Below are positions 16,678-24,000 of a DNA stretch of 24,000 nucleotides, piece after piece. A program made the translations under genes and the position numbers. Each line of letters begins with the position of its first letter. Position 1 is the stretch's first letter. The notes beneath the pieces are model-generated. The model ran no database searches. It was not told where the DNA came from and saw only the letters and a program-made list of their open reading frames with translations. Origin of the DNA: Syntrophomonadaceae bacterium (GTDB taxonomy: Bacteria; Bacillota; Syntrophomonadia; Syntrophomonadales; Syntrophomonadaceae); assembly GCA_050943255.1 (NCBI GenBank), contig JBMNOV010000002.1, positions 38,605 through 62,604 on the forward strand, read 5' to 3'.

Positions 16678-17937
16678 ATGAAAAAAATAATAACAGCCTT
16701 ATTTTTGGCAGTAATTCTTTTTGCCTGCCCAACCCTAAGTGCCGGCGCTCAGGCCCAGGATACTGTTTCCGTATTAGTGGACGGTTTACCGGTAAACCTT
16801 GATGTTTTACCGGTTATTCAAGATGGACGGACTCTAGTTCCTTTCCGGGCTATAGCCGAAGCTATGAACATAGCCGTTAACTGGGATAATCAAACCCGTA
16901 CCATAAATGCAACAAATGGTAATACCATGGTAAAGTTACAGCTTGGCAGCTATACTGCTTATCGCGATAATACCCCTATTAGACTGGATGTTATGCCGCA
17001 AATAGTGGCTGAGCGTACTTTGATTCCATTGCGCTTTTTCGGAGAAGCCTTTAATTGTCAGGTGGGCTGGGATAGCAATACATATCAGGTAAGCGTGATT
17101 TCTCCTCCTAAAGCCATGACAGTTATAGGGTTCTATGCTCTGGGTGACAGCCAAACCAGCAGTTGGACTAATCTTTTCGGGAAAGCTTATCCCGAGACTG
17201 CGTCAGGTAATACAGATGTAATATCGGAACTGGCTTTAGGCTGGTATAGTATTGACAAACAGGGCAATTTACTAGATAAAAGCCGTACCGGGTGGCAGCG
17301 CCCTGATGGCTGGGAAAAGGTATTAGAAAGTGCCGCAAAGTATAAGATGGCAAGTGAAATGGTAATACATGTTACTGACGGCGATAAAACTATTACTTCT
17401 TTTTTAAATGACCCATCAGCCATGGCCCGAGCAGCAAAAGCCATTAGTGCCGAAGCCCGGCAATACAGCGGGGTTAATCTTGATTTCGAGGGTTTAGGTT
17501 ATAATGACAGTGGAGAGCAGCTCAAAGAGATACAGCAAAAATTTACTTATTTTATAAGCCTGCTTGCCCGGGAATTAAAAGCTAATAATAGCAGGCTTAC
17601 GCTCACTTTGCATGCTCCGAACAGTGCTTATCCTGGCTACGATTACCAGGCTTTGGGCCAAATTGCGGATCGTATTATTATCATGGCCTATGATTACGGT
17701 ATTAAGCCTGAGCCAGTCATTCAGGTTAAACAGGCGGTAGAAATGGCGACTGATCTGGTTCCTGCCCATAAATTAATCTTAGGCATTTCCGCCCCCAGTG
17801 AAACAACATCAAGTATTGCCACCAAAGTGGGAATTGCCAAACGTTATGATTTAAGTGGTGTAGCTTTATGGAGATTAGGGGTAATAGATGAAGAAATGTG
17901 GCAGATCATAAGAGGTAGTCTTATTGCTAAACGGTAA
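16678..17937 (+). CDS. Secreted glycoside hydrolase family 18 protein with two N-terminal copper-amine-oxidase-N-like repeats
   Basis: Signal peptide MKKIITALFLAVILFACPTLSAGAQA. The repeats contain DGRTLVPFRAIAEAMNIAVNWD and ERTLIPLRFFGEAFNCQVGWD. The GH18 catalytic strand is SGVNLDFEGL (D-x-E), and IIIMAYDY is typical of GH18 barrels. The SD AGGAGG lies upstream. Confidence 0.85.
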   Translation: MKKIITALFLAVILFACPTLSAGAQAQDTVSVLVDGLPVNLDVLPVIQDGRTLVPFRAIAEAMNIAVNWDNQTRTINATNGNTMVKLQLGSYTAYRDNTPIRLDVMPQIVAERTLIPLRFFGEAFNCQVGWDSNTYQVSVISPPKAMTVIGFYALGDSQTSSWTNLFGKAYPETASGNTDVISELALGWYSIDKQGNLLDKSRTGWQRPDGWEKVLESAAKYKMASEMVIHVTDGDKTITSFLNDPSAMARAAKAISAEARQYSGVNLDFEGLGYNDSGEQLKEIQQKFTYFISLLARELKANNSRLTLTLHAPNSAYPGYDYQALGQIADRIIIMAYDYGIKPEPVIQVKQAVEMATDLVPAHKLILGISAPSETTSSIATKVGIAKRYDLSGVALWRLGVIDEEMWQIIRGSLIAKR

Positions 17938-17950
17938 AAATTGTCTTTAA

Positions 17951-17980
17951 AAGCCCTGGTAAAATACCTAACCAGGGCTT
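17951..17980. terminator. Perfect 10-bp hairpin between convergent genes; probable bidirectional terminator
   Basis: aagccctggt (17951-17960) pairs with accagggctt (17971-17980), leaving a 10-nt loop. It lies between the GH18 stop (17937) and the activase stop (17999). The U-tracts are weak. Confidence 0.55.
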
Positions 17981-17998
17981 ACTGTAGCTAATTGTTTC

Positions 17999-18994
17999 CT
18001 ACACAACCTTAAGCTTATCCTGGCTATTTCTGGTTAGAGAGCTTTCCCATTTTTTACAACGATCACCCCAGTAGGCTAAAATCTCCTGACCTCTTTTAAT
18101 GCAAACTACTTCGCACAGATTGGGACATCCTTTGCATTCATGGCTACTAGATTTGAATTCACCCTCAATAATAAAATCATCGCCCCGAAAATTGCTTTGG
18201 GTATGGCTCTGCTCTACCTGTTCCTTAGCTAACATAGCAGCACCAATGGCACCCATAACTTCAAAAGGTTCAGGTACATGTATGGGAGTATTTAAGACTT
18301 TCTCAAAGGCCTTTTTAATACCTGAATTAGCAGCTACCCCGCCTTGAAAAACTATAGGTTCTGCGATCTTTTTACCTTTAGCAACATTATTTAAATAGTT
18401 TCTCACCAGTGCTTCACATAGTCCCATTATAATATCTCCAATAGGATAACCCATCTGCTGCTTGTGAATCATGTCTGATTCAGCAAATACCCCGCAACGG
18501 CCCGCTATCCTAACCGGTTGGCCGGAACTTAAGGCATAATCGCCGAAATCTTCAATAGCTATATTTAGCCTTGCCGCCTGTTGATCGAGAAATGATCCGG
18601 TACCAGCAGCACAAACCGTGTTCATAGCAAAATCCTGAACTATTCCATTTTTTAAAATAATTATCTTAGAATCCTGACCCCCAATTTCAATAATGGTACT
18701 TACGCCAGGAAAAAGAGCAGAAGCAGCTACTGCATGTGCCGTTATTTCATTTTTCACCACATCAGCACCTAGTAATATATCAGCAAGGTGACGTCCGCTT
18801 CCGGTAGTCCCAACTCCTTTAATGGAGAGACTCCTTCCCTGCTTGGATTTTATACAGGCAAACCCGTCCTTTACCGCTTTTACTGGATTTCCCTGAGTAC
18901 GCAGGTAGACTTTTTGTATAATATGACCATACTGATCCATTAAAACAAAATTACTGCTTACCGAACCTATGTCAACACCAAGATAATGCTCCAA
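17999..18994 (-). CDS. BadF/BadG/BcrA/BcrD-type ATPase (2-hydroxyacyl-CoA dehydratase activator-like activase)
   Basis: ASKHA-fold motifs are present: LGVDIGSVSSN, GVGTTGSGR, IIEIGGQDSK and FQGGVA. The two activator-family [4Fe-4S] ligand contexts are conserved (NTVCAAGTGSF and GRCGVFAESD). There is an extra Cys-rich C-terminal tail. The SD AGGAGGAAAAG lies upstream. Confidence 0.85.
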   Translation of the reverse strand: MEHYLGVDIGSVSSNFVLMDQYGHIIQKVYLRTQGNPVKAVKDGFACIKSKQGRSLSIKGVGTTGSGRHLADILLGADVVKNEITAHAVAASALFPGVSTIIEIGGQDSKIIILKNGIVQDFAMNTVCAAGTGSFLDQQAARLNIAIEDFGDYALSSGQPVRIAGRCGVFAESDMIHKQQMGYPIGDIIMGLCEALVRNYLNNVAKGKKIAEPIVFQGGVAANSGIKKAFEKVLNTPIHVPEPFEVMGAIGAAMLAKEQVEQSHTQSNFRGDDFIIEGEFKSSSHECKGCPNLCEVVCIKRGQEILAYWGDRCKKWESSLTRNSQDKLKVV

Positions 18995-19259
18995 ACTCTT
19001 TTCCTCCTAAATTTATTTTTTATAATAGTTAGGGAAGAAGGACACGGGTCAGGGGAACTTGAAGATTTTACGTGGTTTATTATTTACCTTTTACTAAGAT
19101 TTATCTGAGCAAAGACCATCGGCTCATGAAAGTATAGCCATTATTTATCCTGACCTAAACTCTTTCAACTTTTACCAAAGTAAGTAACCCAATAATGACC
19201 TCAGACCAACGGGAACATCTGTGGTTCCTTTGGTATGGTTCCTAAAGGGGATCTTTTCC

Positions 19260-20387
19260 TTACAATACGGGATTCGCAGCAGTTATTGGAGCTTTAATGA
19301 CCCCAGGTATCTGCTGCTGTGACCTCCTTTGAATCATATCTACAAATGCCTCCAAACGGGTATGAAGTCCAGCCTGACCGGAGTGTTCATCAAAATATAT
19401 CGTCATGCAAGGTATTCCTTCGATCTCACTAACCTTGCCCAAGATTGCTTGGGCCACTATTTCTGGCATACAGGTCAGGGGACCGATTTGTACAACTCCA
19501 TCATATTTCTTTCGGGCAAAATCTACTGAATAACCTACTGTCTCTTGACCATGCCCACCAACACAGTAATTTAGGTAAGTACTGGCACAATTAATTACTT
19601 CTTTACGATTAGATTTTTTAATCCAGCCCCCCAGCAAATGGTCATTGATCCATTCACTTAGATATATTGAACGTGTAACCTCAGCATTTAAACGGCCTAA
19701 AAAGTTAATTGTAGAATAATTAGCTGCTGGCTCTAATATGGTATATATCTCACCAACTAAGCCTATACGTATAATAGTTTGCTGATGTGCTGGTTCCCTC
19801 TTTAAATTTTCCAAATAGTAATTAGTAATTCGATAAACCTCATCCAGATTATCTGCTTTATCAATACAATCTAGTCCTTCAGTATATATTTGTTCCACTT
19901 TATCCTTGTTTAAAGCCCGGGGAAGGTAGTATTCAAAATGCCTTTCCAGTTTCTCAACTGCATTAAGTTTGCACCAAGCAAATTTTATCGCTTTCCAAGC
20001 CTGCCACAGACTTACATTACTCCCCAAAGACTTTAGTTGTTTTAACAAATCAGATAATCGTGAATCAGGAGCTTCCAGGACAATCATATTAAAATCAAAG
20101 TTTAGACATTTTAGTATATCCCTTTCCACCTGGGCATAATAACCGAATCGGCAAGGTCCCCACCCACCTGCCATAACAATGGTATCTGCCCCTTTTTCCA
20201 AAGCTTCAATAAAGTTTCCCATGTTTATTTTTAGTGGCATACAGGCAAATTCAGGCGAATGCTTAACACCGAGTTCTATCGTCCTTTCACTTATGGGTGG
20301 AGGAGGTATAACTTCCAGGTTAAGACCCTTTAATAAGGCTTTTATAGGAATATGGGCATTACCCATATGCGGGAAGGTTGCTTTCAT
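19260..20387 (-). CDS. Uncharacterised BCR/HAD-associated subunit (resembles the C-terminal non-ATPase region of long 'CoA-substrate-specific enzyme activase' fusions)
   Basis: Recognised by pattern from family memory only: FPHMGN...PEFACMPLKINMG, GGWGPCRFGYYAQ, GPLTCMPEIVAQ. I prefer the ATG at 20387 (GAAGGAGGA 6 nt upstream) over the track start at 20417. It overlaps the upstream gene by 29 nt. Confidence 0.65.
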   Translation of the reverse strand: MKATFPHMGNAHIPIKALLKGLNLEVIPPPPISERTIELGVKHSPEFACMPLKINMGNFIEALEKGADTIVMAGGWGPCRFGYYAQVERDILKCLNFDFNMIVLEAPDSRLSDLLKQLKSLGSNVSLWQAWKAIKFAWCKLNAVEKLERHFEYYLPRALNKDKVEQIYTEGLDCIDKADNLDEVYRITNYYLENLKREPAHQQTIIRIGLVGEIYTILEPAANYSTINFLGRLNAEVTRSIYLSEWINDHLLGGWIKKSNRKEVINCASTYLNYCVGGHGQETVGYSVDFARKKYDGVVQIGPLTCMPEIVAQAILGKVSEIEGIPCMTIYFDEHSGQAGLHTRLEAFVDMIQRRSQQQIPGVIKAPITAANPVL

Positions 20388-21351
20388 TAGATTTCCTCCT
20401 TCTCCGCAACATATCACAAAAGGCCTCTAGTCTTGTAACTAATCCGCCTTCACCACTATGTTCATCTATAGTTAACATCATAAATGGCTTATTTTGAACC
20501 TTCCTTTCTATTATTTCACCAATTAATGAATCAGGCCCACAGCCAAAACAAGCCAGATACACAATTCCATCTATTTCATTACTATTATCCATATGTAGAG
20601 CACTTCCTACCATTTTTCTTCCCAAAGTCCAAAACACCCTTTTAGGCATTGTTGCAGCTTCTTGTTCTATCATTTCCGGGTTAATAGATTCACTTAATAC
20701 AGTACTGCATCCCATTAATCTTAACCGGTTAATAAGATTCATGCTTATAAAAGAGTCATAAAGTGTATAACCATGCCCCAGTACTCCGATTCGAAGATCA
20801 CTTTGGGGATATTTATTATTTATCTGTTTGCCTTCCCACAAGGAAATAGCTTCTTCCCTGGTATATCCTTCGCCTGCAAGCATTGTACAAAAATAATTTT
20901 CTTGACAGGCATGAAGATAAGCTTTTTTAATTTTATTGGTGTTGCTGCTAAATAACCTTCCGACTCTTAATATATCCTTTTTTAAGAAACGATCAGTTTT
21001 ACTTATATCTATGGTAATATCTATTAATGGTGGTAAGTCTTTTACGGTAGCTCTTACCATATCGGGAACTCCCATAAATTTAGGACATATATAGCTCTTA
21101 GGCTCCACGCTCACCAAACGTGGAATAAAAAGATAATCAAGGTTCTGGTTACATAATTCTTTAACATGGCCAAAATAAATCTTTATCGGCAGGCAGGTTT
21201 CATCCACCGTAAAATTAATACCCTGGTCAAGGGTATGGCGGTTGCTTTCCGAAGAAGATATTACTTCAGCTCCCAGGTCAGAAAAAAAGGTCTTCCAAAG
21301 AGGATAGTAATAATAATAAAAAAGACCATGTGGAATCCCAACCCGTCCCAT
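20359..21351 (-). CDS. DUF2229-like protein (CoA enzyme activase uncharacterised domain)
   Basis: The N-terminus MGRVGIPHGLFYYYYYPLWKTFFSDLGAEVI is the characteristic DUF2229 opening. DETCLPIK and YLACFGCGPDS are also present. I prefer the start at 21351 (AAAGGAGG upstream); the track start is 21399. Confidence 0.7.
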   Translation of the reverse strand: MGRVGIPHGLFYYYYYPLWKTFFSDLGAEVISSSESNRHTLDQGINFTVDETCLPIKIYFGHVKELCNQNLDYLFIPRLVSVEPKSYICPKFMGVPDMVRATVKDLPPLIDITIDISKTDRFLKKDILRVGRLFSSNTNKIKKAYLHACQENYFCTMLAGEGYTREEAISLWEGKQINNKYPQSDLRIGVLGHGYTLYDSFISMNLINRLRLMGCSTVLSESINPEMIEQEAATMPKRVFWTLGRKMVGSALHMDNSNEIDGIVYLACFGCGPDSLIGEIIERKVQNKPFMMLTIDEHSGEGGLVTRLEAFCDMLRRRRKSNESNLPAYG

Positions 21352-21428
21352 CTTTTTTCCTCCTTTGTTAATTAAGAGCGTTTTCGGTCGAACCCCCAAT
21401 ATAACACTCCAAAATATTAAGTATAAAT

Positions 21429-21785
21429 TTACGCTTTAGGATTAAATATAACCGCAACAACATAACCAAAAATTATGGCAGCTGCAATTCCAGCTGCAGC
21501 AGCCTCTACACCACCACTAATAGCTCCGAGTAATCCTTTTTGCTCCACTGCTTTAAGGGTTCCCTGAGTTAATAAATGACCAAACCCAGATAGGGGTACA
21601 GTTGCACCGGTTCCCCCTATGTCTACCAGTGGCTGGTATAGCCCTAAACCGCTTAAAAGTGCTCCGCCACTTATGTACCCCACTAGCATATGTCCTGGTG
21701 TTATACTTGGTTTCGTTAAATCCAGTATTAGTTGTCCAATTAGACAAAGTGTTCCTCCAATCAAAAATGCCATTAATAGTGACAA
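21429..21785 (-). CDS. spoVAE: Stage V sporulation protein AE (SpoVAEB-type)
   Basis: A 118-aa polytopic membrane protein. GATVPLSGFGHLL and GGVEAAAAGIAAAI match the SpoVAE pattern. It lies immediately after spoVAD. Confidence 0.9.
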   Translation of the reverse strand: MSLLMAFLIGGTLCLIGQLILDLTKPSITPGHMLVGYISGGALLSGLGLYQPLVDIGGTGATVPLSGFGHLLTQGTLKAVEQKGLLGAISGGVEAAAAGIAAAIIFGYVVAVIFNPKA

Positions 21786-21802
21786 TGCTTAATACCCCCA
21801 AG

Positions 21803-22813
21803 CTAATACTCAATGGCAACAGCGTGTGCTATAGCCGGAATTGTTCTGCCCTGAAAACTGGTAGTAGGGCTCATTAGAGCACCGGTAGCAACTAACAACA
21901 GTTTCTTAATCTCAGCTTTAAACATCTTTTTTAAAAGAGGGCCACAGAGCATGGAAGCGCAACAGCCGCAACCGCTGCCACCAGATCCAATATCTTGAGC
22001 ATCATCATATAGAATAACCCCGCAATCGCTATAAACCGGTTGTGGTACGATACCCTCTTTAATAAAAAGTTGACCTAATATTGCCATCCCAACCTTTCCC
22101 AAATCACCAGTGACCACCAGGTCGTAATAATCAAATGGCCGGTTTAAATCATTAAAGTGCATTTTAATGGTATCGACTGCCGCTGGAGCCATGGCACTAC
22201 CCATATCATTAGTATCAGTCTGCCCCATATCAACTACTCTACCAATAGTAGCACAGGTAATCCGGGGTCCTGATCCCATACCTTCCAGAACTACAGCCCC
22301 AGCAGCAGTAGTAGTCCATTGGGAACTAGGAGGCTTTTGTACCCCCTGTTCAGTAGGGAATCGGTACTGTCTCTCGGCTGTGTAATGATGGCTGCAAGCA
22401 GCAGCAACTACTCGCTCAAAGAAACCACCATCAATCAGCATAGAACCAATTAAAATGGACTCAACCATGGTTGAACAAGCACCATAAAGGCCTAAAAAAG
22501 GAATATTTAACTGGGATGCGGCAAAGTTAGCAGAAACTAGTTGGTTTAATAAATCTCCCGCCAATAATACTTCTGCATCCTGTGTATTGAGGCCGCTTTT
22601 ATTAAGGGCTAGTTCTATTGTTTCCTTAAGCATCTTATTTTCAGCCTTTTCCCAGGTATCCTCACCCATTAGATAGTCGGGCATTATAAGATCAAAATCA
22701 TTACCCCATGGTCCTTGACCTTCTTTAGGACCAACTATGGAAGCCCAGGAGGATAGCACCGGGGGTTTATCAAATGATACTGTTTGTTTACCCTTTTTCT
22801 TTGCTTGCGGCAT
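21803..22813 (-). CDS. spoVAD: Stage V sporulation protein AD
   Basis: A 336-aa protein with a thiolase/ketoacyl-synthase-like fold pattern. Motifs include FDKPPVLSSWASIVGPKEGQGP, GLYGACST and GCGCCA, typical of SpoVAD. It sits between spoVAC and spoVAE. Confidence 0.9.
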   Translation of the reverse strand: MPQAKKKGKQTVSFDKPPVLSSWASIVGPKEGQGPWGNDFDLIMPDYLMGEDTWEKAENKMLKETIELALNKSGLNTQDAEVLLAGDLLNQLVSANFAASQLNIPFLGLYGACSTMVESILIGSMLIDGGFFERVVAAACSHHYTAERQYRFPTEQGVQKPPSSQWTTTAAGAVVLEGMGSGPRITCATIGRVVDMGQTDTNDMGSAMAPAAVDTIKMHFNDLNRPFDYYDLVVTGDLGKVGMAILGQLFIKEGIVPQPVYSDCGVILYDDAQDIGSGGSGCGCCASMLCGPLLKKMFKAEIKKLLLVATGALMSPTTSFQGRTIPAIAHAVAIEY

Positions 22814-22960
22814 TAAGATCCCCCTTACTTATGGAATATAAAACAGTTCTGCAGCCATTACCAGAAAATTAACTCATTATAATATCCGACATCACTAAAA
22901 ACTTATTCGGCTGATCCCTATGTATGGAAAGGCATTTGCTTTACATCTTCTTTTTGTGAA

Positions 22961-23425
22961 TTACATAAAGAATAATTTTACTAAGCCAATAAGGGTAGAA
23001 ACTGCAAAACCAAATACTAGGGTTGGACCAGCAACTGTAAAAATACGGGCTCCTACCCCGAAGACATAGCCTTCTCTTTTAAATTCCATAGCTGATGCTA
23101 CTATCGCGTTGGCAAACCCGGTAATAGGTACTATAGAACCGGCTCCTGCCCTTTTAGCCAGCACATCATAAATACCAATGCCCGTGAAAAAAGCACCCAG
23201 CGCTATCATAATTACAGAAGTAATTGAAGAAGCATCTGTTTTTCCTATACCGCCAGCCATTAACAAATTAAGTATAACCTGGGCAATAACACATATTAAT
23301 CCTCCCACTACAAACGCCCAGAGACAGTGTTTTAGCAAAGGCGGCTTAGGTTTTAACTGCTGTACCATACTATCATATTCATTAACTTCAGCTTGTTTTA
23401 AGTCCTCTGTATTAGGTGTTTGCAA
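22961..23425 (-). CDS. spoVAC: Stage V sporulation protein AC
   Basis: A 154-aa four-TM protein. AGAGSIVPITGFANAI and EGYVFGVGARIFTVAGP are SpoVAC hallmarks. It has a TTG start with GGAGGAG 7 nt upstream. Confidence 0.9.
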   Translation of the reverse strand: MQTPNTEDLKQAEVNEYDSMVQQLKPKPPLLKHCLWAFVVGGLICVIAQVILNLLMAGGIGKTDASSITSVIMIALGAFFTGIGIYDVLAKRAGAGSIVPITGFANAIVASAMEFKREGYVFGVGARIFTVAGPTLVFGFAVSTLIGLVKLFFM

Positions 23426-23485
23426 AGGTTAGTCTCCTCCTTCTATACCATGTTATTCTTTATAATCCGTTCCCAATACATGGTA

Positions 23486-23521
23486 AACCCCGGGAGAAAT
23501 TATGTGGTAACTCCCGGGGTT
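23486..23521 (-). terminator. Strong GC-rich hairpin between the dodecin gene and spoVAC (possible terminator)
   Basis: An 11-bp perfect stem, aaccccgggag (23486-23496) / ctcccggggtt (23511-23521), with a 14-nt loop. There is no obvious U-tract on either strand. Confidence 0.45.
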
Positions 23522-23664
23522 AACTCTTATAACAAAATCCCACGCCCTAAGGGTACACCACTTATAAAAGAACCCTTGTGTTATGCTAATCAAGAAGCTA
23601 AGAATTCCCCCCCTATGAACATCATGGTAAATTCTTAACTTTATTCATAATAATATAAAGAAAA

Positions 23665-23859
23665 TTAATCTACATAGGCAATTTTGATATTAGCCTTATA
23701 CTCAACAATTTTGTTATTTTTACAATCTGCAGTCCAATTGTACACTTCCACTCCAGTTATGTTTGATAAACTAGTGGAAGCTTCGCTTACTGCATTTTCA
23801 ATTGCCTCCTGCCAGCTTCTACGTGATTCACCTACAAATTCAGCTACTTTTACCTGCAT
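23665..23859 (-). CDS. Dodecin-family small flavin-binding protein
   Basis: A 64-aa protein following the dodecin beta-alpha-beta-beta pattern: VAEFVGESRRSWQEAIENAVSEASTSLSNITGVEV...KIVEYKANIKIAY. The SD AAGGAGG lies upstream. Confidence 0.7.
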   Translation of the reverse strand: MQVKVAEFVGESRRSWQEAIENAVSEASTSLSNITGVEVYNWTADCKNNKIVEYKANIKIAYVD

Positions 23860-24000
23860 TGAATATGCCTCCTTAACTCATTTTAATTTTATTTTTAGCA
23901 ATACTTATTTGTTTTATACAAAAGAACTGTCTCTATACCAGTTTTTTAACAACAAATATTATCTGACACTAATCTTTGTATATGGTATAGGCTGCACCTA

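Noticed and set aside
23426-23490. A forespore (sigma-G/sigma-F) promoter upstream of spoVAC. The sequence reads TGTATT...CATGGTATA just before the SD site.
   Set aside because: CATGGTA resembles the sigma-G -10 (CATnnTA). The nearest -35-like element (GTATT) is 22 nt away, however, and does not fit the GHATR consensus. I could not support a call by eye.
1-24000. A whole-window scan for CRISPR repeats, tRNA/rRNA, IS elements, integrases, toxin-antitoxin pairs and known defence genes.
   Set aside because: I found no regularly spaced direct repeats, no tRNA-like T-arm or acceptor signatures, and no transposase, integrase or defence-type ORFs in any frame.

Overview
This looks like a chromosomal segment of a spore-forming, probably anaerobic Firmicute (Clostridia-like). 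That guess rests on spoVAC/AD/AE, secreted proteins with copper-amine-oxidase-N-type repeats, and strong Shine-Dalgarno (SD) sites. I found no rRNA, tRNA, CRISPR array or IS/transposase.

Plus strand, left part:
- the tail of a membrane protein gene and a TusA-like CPxP sulfur carrier;
- a translationally coupled exporter operon (HlyD adaptor, two ABC ATPases, one ABC-2 permease, TetR);
- a YtrA-type GntR regulator with an ABC ATPase and a membrane protein, behind a perfect consensus sigma-A promoter and a palindromic candidate operator.

An AT-rich stretch (about 7.1-9.7 kb) follows, with a secreted copper-amine-oxidase-N-repeat protein and an AraC/GyrI-like regulator.

The centrepiece is a six-gene minus-strand operon (16296 to 9673). 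It encodes a stressosome-type module: a 3xPAS-STAS RsbR-like protein, an RsbS-like STAS protein and an RsbT-like kinase. A second RsbT-like kinase domain fused to a PP2C phosphatase comes next. No sigma factor or RsbV/RsbW pair is present. The operon runs instead into a sensor-less histidine kinase and a REC-GAF-PAS-histidine kinase.

This operon has two sequence-level oddities:
- the sensor-less kinase ORF is in frame with the upstream gene, separated by a single TGA, and has no convincing start site;
- the last kinase carries a 1-nt frameshift inside its ATP-lid G2 box.

Right part: a secreted GH18 hydrolase with copper-amine-oxidase-N repeats (plus strand). The minus strand then carries a dodecin gene, spoVAC-spoVAD-spoVAE, and directly downstream an uncharacterised split BCR/HAD-type system (two DUF2229-like subunits plus a BadF/BcrA-type ATPase activase).
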